This document shows, in pieces, positions 26,211 to 38,582 of a stretch of 64,000 nucleotides of DNA. Below the pieces are notes generated by a model, which had not been told where the DNA came from, made no database searches, and worked only from the letters and a program-made list of their open reading frames with translations. The stretch is from assembly GCA_040285855.1 (NCBI GenBank), contig JAUFOQ010000010.1, positions 1,240,001-1,304,000 of the forward strand. The letters run 5' to 3'. A program made the position numbers and the translations under genes. This DNA comes from Eukaryota sp. GEM-RC1 (Eukaryota). The stretch's first letter is position 1, and every line of letters begins with the position of its first letter.

Positions 26211-27785
26211 ACGATATCAAATTGTATCTTTTCTGAATATTACTTTTACAAATAGACTATACAAACAGATTGAAATTTTGTCATTTCATTTCGTTTTAAT
26301 TTACCTGTGTTAATCTTGGAATTTCCGAAATTTATGGTTAATTTGGCGACAGTTGGCCGATTTACACAAGTCAGAATTGAAAGATTAATTTATAAGCATT
26401 CTCGTTACGGTGAACCTTAATCACAGCTCAGTATGGGTGTTGAAGCTCAAAGATTTTGAGCTTTTATTGATTTCTTTGGTTAATAGCAATAATGAAAGAT
26501 ACATCGAGACCAACAATGACGAATACATGGAACGCAGATTTCCCAAACCGAGGCTATTTGGGCTTTACCGTAAAGAAATTTACTGAAATATACCGGTACT
26601 TCTAACCAAAGCTTAATAGTACGGTCTCTACAACAATTAGTCTGAAAACAAATTATGTCTGAATCTTAATTAGTCTGAACCAGACTACTAGTAATTATTG
26701 TAAAGACTGTTCTATATATACCACGAAAATCTCTTGTAAGATTTACACATTTTGTATGGTCGTTTGGTAAATTAGTAATGAAGTTCGTAGATGATTTTGC
26801 AAAGGTTGTGGTTCGTAGAACATCAAAATTTTGACCGCTGTTTTTGGCAGCATAGAAATGTCTTTACAATTCTAAAAGCAGTTCCCACAATGATGTCGAA
26901 AGATTTATTATACGTCATTGTACATTATCAAGGCAAAGCTTCAACACGATTCGATTCTAAGGAATTTTGCTTTGATGATATTGAGTTTTAGACTATATAT
27001 TTCATTATATCTGCCATAAAAACTTATTTCGGTAAAAAACACATACATTGTATTATGAAGAAGAACATAGCTAGATAGTTACACAGAAAAACGTTTTTTA
27101 AATATTATAGAAGAAGCTGAAAACAGGATCTTCTTAAGAATTGCTTTATAACCACAGCGTTGCTTAAAAGAGCAACGCTATGGATCTGTTGGTGTGTTAC
27201 AATTAACCCTTGATGTCCTCGAAAAATAAATAACAATTCAAACACTTCTCAAAGACCAACTATAGATCCTTGTTGAGATTTAATCCTAAGAAAAGTAACG
27301 GTATTGAATTTTCTGGATGATCGAATAGTTATTTGAAACACTTGTGACACTGCCAGATCTTAGAAACTGTTAAATTTTGCATCGTCAGTCGCTTTCTGTT
27401 GACTCCATCTACATGAGAGTATTTACAGCCTTTTTTTGATAATTCTACGAATTAGTCAACGTTAGATTAATTACCATGACCAGTGTACCAGAACTTTCCC
27501 ATTTAAAAGCACTCTTTGATCCCTTTCAAATGAACCAAAATGATTTGTCTCTTGATTGGGGTCTAGGATGGACTAATTCCCCAGGAATAGCTATCTTACC
27601 AGCATCACAATAATCCACTTGAAGTGCAAGTATCCATGAGAACTGGAAATAGTTATACTCTGACCCAATAAATATTATACGCGCAATTGGTCAACATCCT
27701 TTTGGCTATCAGGGGTGATTTACAGCAAAGTCCTGTTCCAAAAACAGTAAGAAAATGATGGGATTCAGAAAGGTTTAACGACAAG

Positions 27786-28137
27786 GCAGCAGATGATCAG
27801 TTACTTAATCGAAGGGTGTTAACTGTAATGCTGGAACAAATGGGGATAGTCTACCAGTGTGTTGATGACGGGAGAAAGGCAGTGGATTTGTATAAGAAGA
27901 ATCCCTTTGAATATGACTTGATCATAGTAGGTAGGTTTTAAGTTGATTAATTTGTACTTTATATTATCGAATGCGGGAGTGATGCTGCTAGAGCTATTCG
28001 AGATTTTGAAAATAATAATGGTATTGGGTTTGTTTCGATCATTTGTTTATCAGCTGATGGATTACCTTGAGTCTGGAATGAACTTTTGGATCAGCAAACT
28101 AGTGACACATCATGATCGGGCAGAAGTCTTGGAATAG
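27786..28137 (+). pseudogene. Response-regulator receiver (REC) domain relic with probable intron
   Basis: ADDQLLNRRVLTVMLEQMGIVYQCVDDGRKAVDLYKKNPFEYDLIIV, then G|GTAGGT donor, then GSDAARAIRDFE...IICLSAD and DYLESGMNFWISKLV. Confidence 0.75.
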
Positions 28138-28609
28138 TTTCTTCTTTTGTGTAGAAGAAAACATGAAAATGCTTCTGTGTGATTTAGTCAGATTCAGTAT
28201 CTCTCCTCAGTTGTCGTAGATCTTGTCCAGATATGAGGTGTGTTTTTGTATATAACATTAAGTAGCTATTTATGGTAATAAATGTGGTTGAGGAATCTAC
28301 ATCTGCAGTTCAATGTTTGTCATCCTTACTTGGAGTGTCATGATCTTGATGTTTTTTTTTATTTTTTTTTGATTTGCTGTATAATTCATTGTTGTTTTAT
28401 CAATAAGAGGTCTAATAGTGTGACTCTATTTGTTATTTCTAATGCCGGAACATATTTGCGAATTACTTCTTCAAAAGTGTATTACATTAAAGTACTAACG
28501 ATGTTCTGATACTGTAATTGGCCCAATGAATAAAAGAAGTCGTCCAAAAAATGGAAACGTTCAGTAATTCGAATCTTCATCGATTACAGAGGAAAATTAA
28601 CTGATTTGA

Positions 28610-31600
28610 CTAAGTCGTGAGAAATGCAATCCGTCCGTTTGAGATTGTGTTGATATCTTGTCCGGTGATTTCGTTGATAACAATATTTCCCAAATTAATA
28701 CATTCAATTGTAGAATTCAACTTCAACATTTTCAAAAGTTCCAGGGCATTTCTCATACTAATAGAGTTACCCCAAAGGTCAATTTTAGAAAGAGTAGTGT
28801 TTTCTTCCAACAAATCAGCTAATGCCTTTACACTTCTCTGTTTGCCAAAATTAATTTTTCTGACACTCAAAGAAGAGACATTCCGAATGGACGTAATAAT
28901 TCTTAACAGATCTGCATATGATAAATCACAGTAAAGTAAGTCAAGAGAAGTCAATGAAGTACTGGTCTTGACTAAGTCACAAAAACAATTCAAAAGCATC
29001 ATCCGTAAAACCACAATTGTGAATGTTAAAACTTTTGATACCAAGAGAACGTAAATCAGAAACAATCTCAGCATGAATTTCAGTGTAGTCTTGTGGCGAA
29101 AAGAGAAACTTCCACATTCTACATTAATGAAGTGAGGCGAAATATTATCATCCATCAATGAATTATTAATAGAAAGAATTTGGAAAAGGACAACAACAAT
29201 AGCAAAATTTAAATTTGCAATTCCATGACATTCAACACGTTTGATAGGAACATTGGATTTTAAAGCATTTAAAAGTAACCCTAAATCAGTGTTTTTAATC
29301 TTTTCAGCGTAGCGAATAATACCACGAGAGAAATCAATAGAATGAGGAAAGAATTCAATGGTTGGTGACGATTGGTGGGTAGAAAACTGTTTAAAAATAT
29401 CCAAAAGATTATGGAACTCAATATGAATGTTACTGACATAAACTTTTTTCAAGCAAGAAATTGACTGAAGTGCAGTGATAAATTTAAGACTACTGCTATA
29501 CGACAGACGACAGTGACTGAAGTCAACAGAAGTCAAAACATGACAAGTTCGGATGATGTCACACAATTCAGATATTCCAGCGTTAGATATATGACAATTT
29601 TTAAAAGTAAGTTCTCTAAAACTATATGATTTACAAACACAATGTAGAGATGAAAGTTCTTGAGCTGATATTTGGGTAAAAGTTTCTGGTGAAAAGCGAA
29701 AAGCACCATTGTCAATATCTACAAAATGTGGAAAAACATCAACATCAATTACTGATTTGTTAATGGAAAGAATTTCAAATGAAGTAATAATTCCTCCTAA
29801 ACTGAGATTTTTCAATCTACTAAATTCAACGCGTTTAATAGGAACATTGGATTTTAAAGCATTTAGAAGTGTACATAAATCGGCAGTATCTACATGTGAG
29901 TCATAACAAATTGCACCAATAGAAAAATCACAAGAATGTGGAGAAAATTGAATGTTTGGAGTTAATTTTCCAGCTGAAACTAAATCAAAGATAGTCAGTA
30001 GACCCCTAAATCCAATTGAATGATTACTTAAATTGACGTTGTTTAATTTAGGGTTGGACTGCAGTGCATCGATTAATTTCAGGAAATATGCTTCAGATAT
30101 ATAACAATAAGATAAGTCAAGAGAAGTCAAAGACGTAGTGGTCCTGATAAAGTCACAAAACGACTCAAAGGCATCGTCAGTAAAGCTACAGTTGTGGATT
30201 CTAAGTTTTTTAACACCAAGAGAACGTAAAGCAGAGATATTATTCATAATAAGTTTAGTGCAGCTTGGTGGTGAAAAGGAGAAAATTCCAGAATCTGTGT
30301 CAATAAAGTAAGGGGAAATATTGACATCCATCACTGAATTATTAATGGAAAGAATTTGATAAAGTACAACAACACAAAAAATATTTAAATCTGTAATTCC
30401 ACGACATTCAACCCTTTGGATAGGAACCTTGGATTTTAAAGTATTTAAAAGTAACCGCAAGTCATTGTGTTTAATCTTGTCAGCGTAACTAATAATACCA
30501 CGAGAAATATCAATAGAATGAGGTAACACTTCAATTGTTGGTGGTGATTGATGAATAGAAAACTGTTTGAAAATAGCTAAAAGAGTATTGAACCCAATAC
30601 CATTGTGACTGAGATTAACCATTTCTAAAGAAGAGTTTGAATGAACTACATTAATAATTTCAAGAAAATTGATATGCGACAAATGACAATGACTGAAGTC
30701 AACAGAAGTCAAGGAATAACAGGTCCTGATGATGTCACACAAAACAGAAATTTCAGTGTCAGAAATTTGACATTTTTTCAATGTAAGTTCCTTAAAGCTA
30801 CATGATTTCAACAAACAATGTAGAGATGAAAGTTCTTGAACTGATATTGTGGTAAAAGTTTCTGGTGAAAATCGAAAAACACCATTTTCAATATCTACAC
30901 AATGAGGAGAAACATCAAGATCAATCACTGATTTGTTAAAAATGAGGTAACACTTCAATGATCGGTGAAGATTGATGATCTAAGAATCGTTTAAAAACCG
31001 CCAAAATTGTACTGAACCCAATACCATTGTTACTGAGATTAATAGATTTTAAACAAGAATTAGATGGAAGTGCACTGACAAGTTTAAGCATTCTGCTATA
31101 CGACAGACGACAGTGACTGAAGTCAACAGAAGTCAAAACATGACAAGTTCGGATGATGTCACACAATTCAGATATTCCAGCGTTAGATATATGACAATTT
31201 TTAAAAGTAAGTTCTCTAAAACTATATGATTTACAAACACAATGTAGAGATGCAAGTTCTTGAGCTGATATTTTGATAAAAGTTTCTGGTAAAAAGCAAA
31301 AAGCACCATTTGTAATATCTACAAAATGAGGAGAAACATCAAGATCAATTACTGATTTGTCTATGGAAAGAATTTCAAATAAAGTAACAATTCCTTCCAA
31401 ACTGAGAGTTTTCCATCCACGACATTCAACACGTTTGATAGGAACATTGGATTTTAGAGCATTTAAAAGTAACCCTAAATCAATGTTTTTAACCTTTTAG
31501 CGTAACGAATAATACCACGAGAGAAATCAATAGAATGAGGTAACACTTCAAATATTGGTGGTGATTGGTGAGTAGAAAACTGTGTAAAAATAACTAAAAG

Positions 31601-34600
31601 AGTATTGAACTCAATGTCATTGTGACTGAGATTGACAATTTTTAAAGAAGAATTTGATTGAAGTGCATTGATTAATTCAAAAATACTGGTGTAAGGCAAA
31701 CGACAAGAACTGAAGTCAACGGAAGTCAAAGAATAACATGTTCTGATGATGTCACACAAAACAAATATTCCAGAGTCAGAAATTTGACATTTTTTAAAAG
31801 TTATTTCCTTACAAATATGTGATTTCAATAGAAAATGAAGAGATGAAAGTTCTTGAACTGATATTTTGGTAAAAGTTTCTAGTGAAAAACGAAAAACACC
31901 ATTTGCAATATCTACACAATGAGTAGAAACATCAAGATCAATCACTGATTTGTTAATGGAAAGAATTTCAAATAAACAAATAATTCCTTCTAAACATCCA
32001 ATTTTCCATCCACGACATTCAACGCGTTTGATAGGAACATTTGATTTTAAAGCATTTAGAAGTGATACCAAGTCATCACTGGTAACGTGATGTTCATAAC
32101 GAATATAACCGAGAGAAATATCAATAACATGGGGAGAACACTTTATAACTGGCAAGACTTCCTTCGTTAAACTTAGTTGAAATATTTCCAAAAGATTATT
32201 TAAGTTAGTTCCGCAGTTGGAGATGTCTACCGTTTTTAAACATGAATTGAATTTGAAGGCACTGATTAATGTAAATACTTGTTCAGGAGATAAATTGCAA
32301 CAACTGGAGTCAACAGAAGTCAATGAAGTAGAGAGTCTAATTAAATCACATAATTTGGTGATTGCGTCATCGGAAAAACGCCAATTGTTGAGGGAAAGTT
32401 CTTTGATTGTGAAAACATCCAAAAAATTCTGTAGAGCTGAAACTTCTTCTACAGTTACTGGAATAGACTTATTTGGAGAAAAACCAACTACTCCATTATC
32501 CAAGTCAATACAATGAGGAAAGCAATCAAAACTGATTACAGATTTGTTTAAGGAATGAATCTCCAGTAATGTAAAACATGTTTTTAGACTTGGTCGTCTC
32601 AATCCTGGACAAACTACACGTTTGATAGGAACATTTGATTTTAAAGCTTCCAAAAGTAAGACTAAATCATCATCGGATAATCTTTTTGATAATTAATTTT
32701 TCCAAAAGAAAAGTCTTTGCAATGAGCAAAACCTTCAATTAATATTGGTGATTGATGACTGGCAATGCATTTAAAAATAAGTAAAAGCGTACTAAATTCA
32801 TTACAAATATTATTAAGAATAACCTTTTTAAGCCAGAATTGAGCTGAAGTGCATGTACAATCATGATGATATTGGCATTAGTAAAGTCACATGAACTGAA
32901 GTCAATGGAAATCAATGAATTATTTATCTTGACTAGACGACACAAAGCAAAGATTGCACCATCAGTAAAACGACAATTTTCAAGAGTAAGTTGTTTGATA
33001 CTAAAACGGTCCAAAAATGACTGTAGAGACGAGACTTCTTCGGAAGTCAAGCGAACGGGTTCTCGTGGAGAGTAACAAAACACAGCTTTCTGAGTGTCGA
33101 TAAAATAAGGAGAAATGTCTACAGTGGATCGCAGCTTTAGAGGAGATAAAATTTTAAAAACCGAAATTAACGAAGGTAATTTTAATATTATCCCAGGAAA
33201 ACTAACTTTCTGGAGAGTAGAATTAGCTTCAAGTGCTTTGAGGAAAATTAGCAACTGGTGAAATTTAAATAGAGAAGCACCCAAACTCAAAGAAACCAAG
33301 CCAGAAGTCATTTGAACCATTTTAATTAGTGACTTGGCAGGTTTACCGTCGAGTTCCTTTCTAGATGTAGAAACTGTAATTGATAAATCTAACAACGAAG
33401 TGCTTGATTGAAGAAAATTTCTATAATGTTCGAATTCACATTCAGAAATCTTGAGCTTTTTTAAAGATGTATTATTCTTTAAAACTTGAAAAAGGCAATC
33501 AGGATTAATATCAGATTCAACAAAAGATATTTCTTGCAATGACAAATTATACTTAAAAGCATGAATCACTGTAGAATCAAGACTGTCACATCTAGGAAAC
33601 ACTAGACTTCTAAGACTAGACGTGTTTAGAAGAGGAACAAGAACATTTAAATCGTCCATAAAAATACCAGATAAATCTAATGATTTAAGTGAAGCATTGC
33701 TAGCTAAAGCAGTAAAGAGAAGCAGTGTCTCATCAGTAGGGCTTACATAACTAAATTCAAGTTTAATCCTTCTAAATGAATGAATTGAACGAAAAACCTC
33801 CGTTAGAGCAATCATATCAGAAGTCGAAATATCTTCGACAGTAACACTTAATTCAACAATAGTCGTGCTCAACAATAGAGTTTCACAGAAGGTAGTTAAC
33901 TCAGAGTCTGTGGTAAAATCAATACAACTTAGTCTAGGTAAGAAGAGAGGAGAAGAGCTGTCAAGTAAGTGGGTCAAATTGGTGACGTCATCACTAATTT
34001 CTAGACTGGTAATTCTTGAAGTGTGGTCAAGAAGTTCTTCAACTTCGCAGGATGGATCCACAATCAAGGAAACAGATGGTACGTCCGCTTGGAAGTAACA
34101 GGCTATGGGAAGAAGAAGGGAAAGCTCAGCAGAAGAAGTACCGATATTGGTTGATTCCAAAAACAGCTTAACTCCTAGCAAAGTAGATTCAAGGAAACGT
34201 TGGCTAACATATCCAACTATGTGGTGGACTGGAGGTAATATGTCCATCAAACGACGAAGAGACCGTTCACATGCAACATCAGACTTCCAGAGAGTTCTTA
34301 CGAGATGAGAGCTTATCAGTGCTAGTAAAGTCTGCTGAAAATGGATTTGCTTCAGATCAGCTACGTCCTCGCTAGCAAGAGAAGAAGATACGCAGTCAGA
34401 TACGAGATTGGAAGGGGGTAGAAGAGAAGATGGCATGATGTTACAAGAGTCACAGGTAGAAGAATTTTTCTGTAAATCAACAAGACATTTCTGAGGGCAA
34501 ACAAATCGATCACAACAGACAGCTATGCCATCAGTCACAGTGGCTGTGCAAATGGTGCAAGAGCGACTTTGCATTGAGAGGAATGATGAAAACATGTTAT

Positions 34601-34616
34601 GTCTCGTTAATTTCAT
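28610..34616 (-). CDS. LRR4: Zn finger plus LRR super-repeat protein (frame-broken)
   Basis: Collinear ORFs 32739-34616, 31475-32653, 30936-31400 and 28610-30958; internal deletion junction near 30940. Confidence 0.85.
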
Positions 34617-34627
34617 GTTGACGATTA

Positions 34628-35145
34628 CTTTTTTTAAAACAAATACAAATTTATTGACAACAACACTACAGCGTGCTTACATCTATTAATCACTATCTTC
34701 AAAGTCCAGATTGCATTACTGGGATTTTTCACCTACCTTATCCTCATAATGTCTGCCAAAAATATAATAAAGCGCTAGATAAAGAAGTCACCATACCTTT
34801 AAAGATAGCAAACAGCGTTTCGATTTTTCCCAAATCTAAGATCAAAAGTCCCAGATGTGTTTTTACAATCTTCACAAAGATTTCAAGTAATGATGTTGCA
34901 GATTCACCTAAAGAACCGTACAGTGAAAATACAAAAGGATACAACAAGTAATGGTAGTGGGAAACCGATTTCAATAACTTCAGTTTATCACAATATATTT
35001 CCAGTTTTAATTTTTCACCAATCAACAAAGACTCATCAAGAACTTCTCTTCTTGAAAGTAATTGCAGCTACTATCATAAACCAAATACATACTACGTGTA
35101 AGTCTTATAAAATTGAATCATCTATTCAAAGATCTTTAGATCCAA
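34628..35145 (-). mobile_element. RLE non-LTR 3' end directly upstream of LRR4
   Basis: GEKLK..IY, YPFVFSLYGSLGESA, FAIFKG; same family as 45940-46680. Confidence 0.8.
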
Positions 35146-35334
35146 ATATTAGTTGTAATCACGAAAAACAGAACCAATTTTTTGGTAATCGGTGAGCAGA
35201 TGTTGTTGTCCCTTCTTCTTCAGAAAAATTGTTTGTTGTCGATGTGGTGTCTGTGGTGGATGTTTGTTAAACGACATCTTTACAAAATGATTACACTGAA
35301 ACTTCCCCTTTAGACATATCTGAACAGGCCAAAC

Positions 35335-35560
35335 AGGACAAGAACAAGAAACCATTAATGGCTCTAAAACATGTAAAACAGGTTGAATACGAATTTTGCC
35401 CTTTGCTGTTTCCAATCTATGTCTGTTTAGGAAAAAGTGCATTGGATTTCTTAAACGATTTCAGAAAAATCGTATAAAATAGGATGACAGCCGTTTTGAT
35501 CAGATGTTATGGTTGAATCGCATCGTTTTGACTATTTTTACAACAATTCCCCTAATCATC
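35335..35560 (+). mobile_element. RLE non-LTR 3' fragment
   Basis: EYEFCPFAVSNLCLLGKSALDFL (with a frameshift)...WLNRIVLTI. Confidence 0.6.
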
Positions 35561-35992
35561 TATTGTACTATACGGATACTTCTAACCAAAGCTTAATAGT
35601 ACGGTTTCTACAACAATTAGTCTGAAAACAAATTATGTCTGAATCTTAATTAGTCTAAACCAGACTAATTATTGTAAAGACTGTTCTATATATACCACGA
35701 AAATCTCTTGTAAGATATATTCTATCAAAAAAACATGGTTATGTTAGTCAACCTGTTTTTGAATCTGCTCTTCATACAATTTGAACACCTACTCGAAAAC
35801 ACTTGGTGAACGGAACTGCTGCACATTACTATTGATTACTATGATATTACTATGATGAATACGACATCCAACAACAAGACACTTAATTGACATTGACTTC
35901 AAGAACCGATGCTGTGAGTGAGATCAAGCAAAAATGATGAACGAGTCGAAGTTAATTTGTAGGAACAAACGAAAATGTATCTGATCAAAAAA

Positions 35993-36154
35993 TGACAGGA
36001 AGGAGGAGTCGAACCTCTGGGTTAGTAACCAAGGACACCTGTTCATTGACAGGCTTCTCCGTAATGAAATGAAGAAACATGACCAAACAAGTTAGCACTT
36101 TGCAACTTCGCGCGGAAGAATGTCCATATGTCCACCAGGACACAGCATCCCATC
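35993..36154 (-). ncRNA. tRNA-Sec-scaffold RNA, copy B (83-nt anticodon-loop domain)
   Basis: GATGGGATG CT GTGTCC TGGT GGACAT A TGGACA [83 nt] TGTCCT T GGTTACTAACC CA GAGG TTCGACT CCTC CTTCCTGTC A TTTTTT. Confidence 0.85.
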
Positions 36155-36424
36155 AGAGAACAATAATGGTAGTTTGCATTTGTTTAATACTCGCATCTTC
36201 AGATTAAGAATGTTGAATCTCTCAAGTACAATGTGTCGTGTGAGTTGACTTTCACATTAAATACATAGATTTCGGTGATGGATGTTTCAACGAAAAAGTG
36301 ATATCGATGTCAGATATAATGAAGTTGCGTAGTTAGGTTTTATGTGACTAAGAAACGAATAAGGGAAAAATCTTTGAATCAAATCCACTATCTGCTAACG
36401 CATATGATCGTTTTCTTCTTCCCG

Positions 36425-36561
36425 TGGCCTGTTACTTCTGAGCATACGTCAAATTGGTGACGTCATCACTAATTTCTAGACTAGTAATTTTTGAAGCAAG
36501 ATCATGAATGTCTTCAACTTTACAGGATGGATCCACAATCAAGGCAACAGATGGTACGTCT
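36425..36561 (-). pseudogene. Small LRR-gene fragment (duplicated at 57607-57748)
   Basis: DVPSVALIVDPSCKVED...ITSLEISDDVTNL matches the family N-terminal region. Confidence 0.7.
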
Positions 36562-38582
36562 TAATTAACAGCTCTTCTCCTCTTATCTTACCAAGACTAT
36601 AACGCTTAAAATTTACCACATGCTCGGAGTCTGAGTTAACTGCCGAAGAGGGGCAGACATAAATAAGAACGAATTTAATGATTTTTCCAAGACTGTTTCC
36701 ATATCAATCCATAATGACCATTTCGTTTCGTAAACAATACTATTGTGAACCTACGGAGGTACTTGACTTTGTAGTTATCACCATAAATCGAATCGGATAC
36801 TTTCTAAAGTATTTTCTAATCGGAATTGGTTTTATGATGCTCAAATTTTGGTTCAACAGAAACTAATGTGATGACAAATGAAAAGAAAATCAAAACACCA
36901 ATGTTCCAGTACATGAGTGGATTGAATGACTGAAAAGCTTGAAGTTTTGTCACATGTCCAAATATTTGTGGTTTGTCTTCTGAAAATGTAATTCGAACAC
37001 GATGAATGCCAACAAGAAATATATCTACTTAAAGTTTTAATTAGGTGTAAACAATAGATTTAAACATCAAAGCACGATATAACCATCACGATTAGACAAT
37101 GTTTATACTATTACCAAAATACGACATGCCAATACATTGGTGCGTCTACAAGCTGGTAACGTTACTTAAATACTAGTAGTAGCAACTCCAAATGACTTTG
37201 ATGACACTCAATGCAAGTCTAAGTTCCATCATAGTCAACACGTTGAAAGTCTAGTCGAATGTAGTATCATAAGCCCACGGTTGATAAACTACATACCCTT
37301 TTGTTTAAATTGTACTCAAACATATGCATATATACATATATTGGCAGAATATAACGAGCAAATAAAGTATGCTGATCCACTCGAAGACCTGAAATACATT
37401 GTTCATGTGGAATAATCACTTATCCCATCTGCGATTTCTACGTAGGGTCGTTTGGGTAAATTAGTCATGAAGTTCGTAGATGATTTTGCAAAGGTTGTGG
37501 TTCGTAGAACATCAAAATTTTGACCGCTGTTTTTGGCAGCATAGAAATGTCTTTACAATTCTAAAAGCAGTTCCCACAATGATGTCGAAAGATTTATTAT
37601 ACGTCATTGTGCATTATCAAGGCAAAGCTTCAACACGATTCGATTCTAAGGAATTCTGCTTTGATGATATTGAGTTTTAGACTATATATTTCATTATATC
37701 TGCCATAAAAACTTATTTCGGTAAAAAAAAGCCATATAGTGTATTATGAAGAAGAACATAGCTAGATAGTCACAGAAAAATGTTTTTAAATATTATAAAA
37801 GAAGCTGAAAACAGAATCTTCTTAAGAATTGCTTTATAACCACAGCGTTGCTTAAAAAAGCAATGCTATGATTTTGTTGGTGTGTTAAAATTAAGCCATG
37901 ATGTTCTCGAAAAATATGTAATAATTCAAACACTTCTCAAAGCCCAACTATAGATCCTTGTTGCAATATAACCCTGAGAAAAGTAACGGTATTGAATTTT
38001 CTGGATGATTGAATAGTTATTTGAAACACTTGTGGCACTACCAGTTCTTAGAAATTGTTACATTTTGCATCGTCAGTCGCTTTCATGAAAGTGTTTACAT
38101 CCTATTTTGGATTATTCTCCAAATTAGTATTATATAGGTTAGTATTATTTGTTTGTATTTACAATTTTATAGTTTTGTAGGAAGGTTACCTTATTGGATG
38201 CCGAATAAATCGTTTTTGATTCTACAAATTAGTCTATGTTAGACTAATTACCATGACCATTGTACTTTCCAAAGCTCAATGTTTGTCATCCTTACTTGGA
38301 GTGTCATGACCTTGATTTATTAATTTGGTTTTTTTCTGATTTGGTGTATAATTCATTGTTGATTTATCAACAAGAATTCTAATAGTATGACGTTATTGTA
38401 TATTTCTATTTTCCCAACATACAGTATTTATGATTTACGTCTTCAAAAGTTTATTACATTAAAGTACTAACGGAATTCTGATACAGTAATGGGGACAATG
38501 AATAAAAGAAGTCGTCCAAAAAAATGGAAACGTTCAGTAATTCGACTTTTTATCGATTGCAGAGGAAACTTAACTGATTTGA

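Noticed and set aside
26791..26991. Identical 66-aa ORF at 26791 and 37480
   Set aside because: Identity is explained by segmental duplication, the third copy near 58607 is frameshifted, and there is no recognisable domain.
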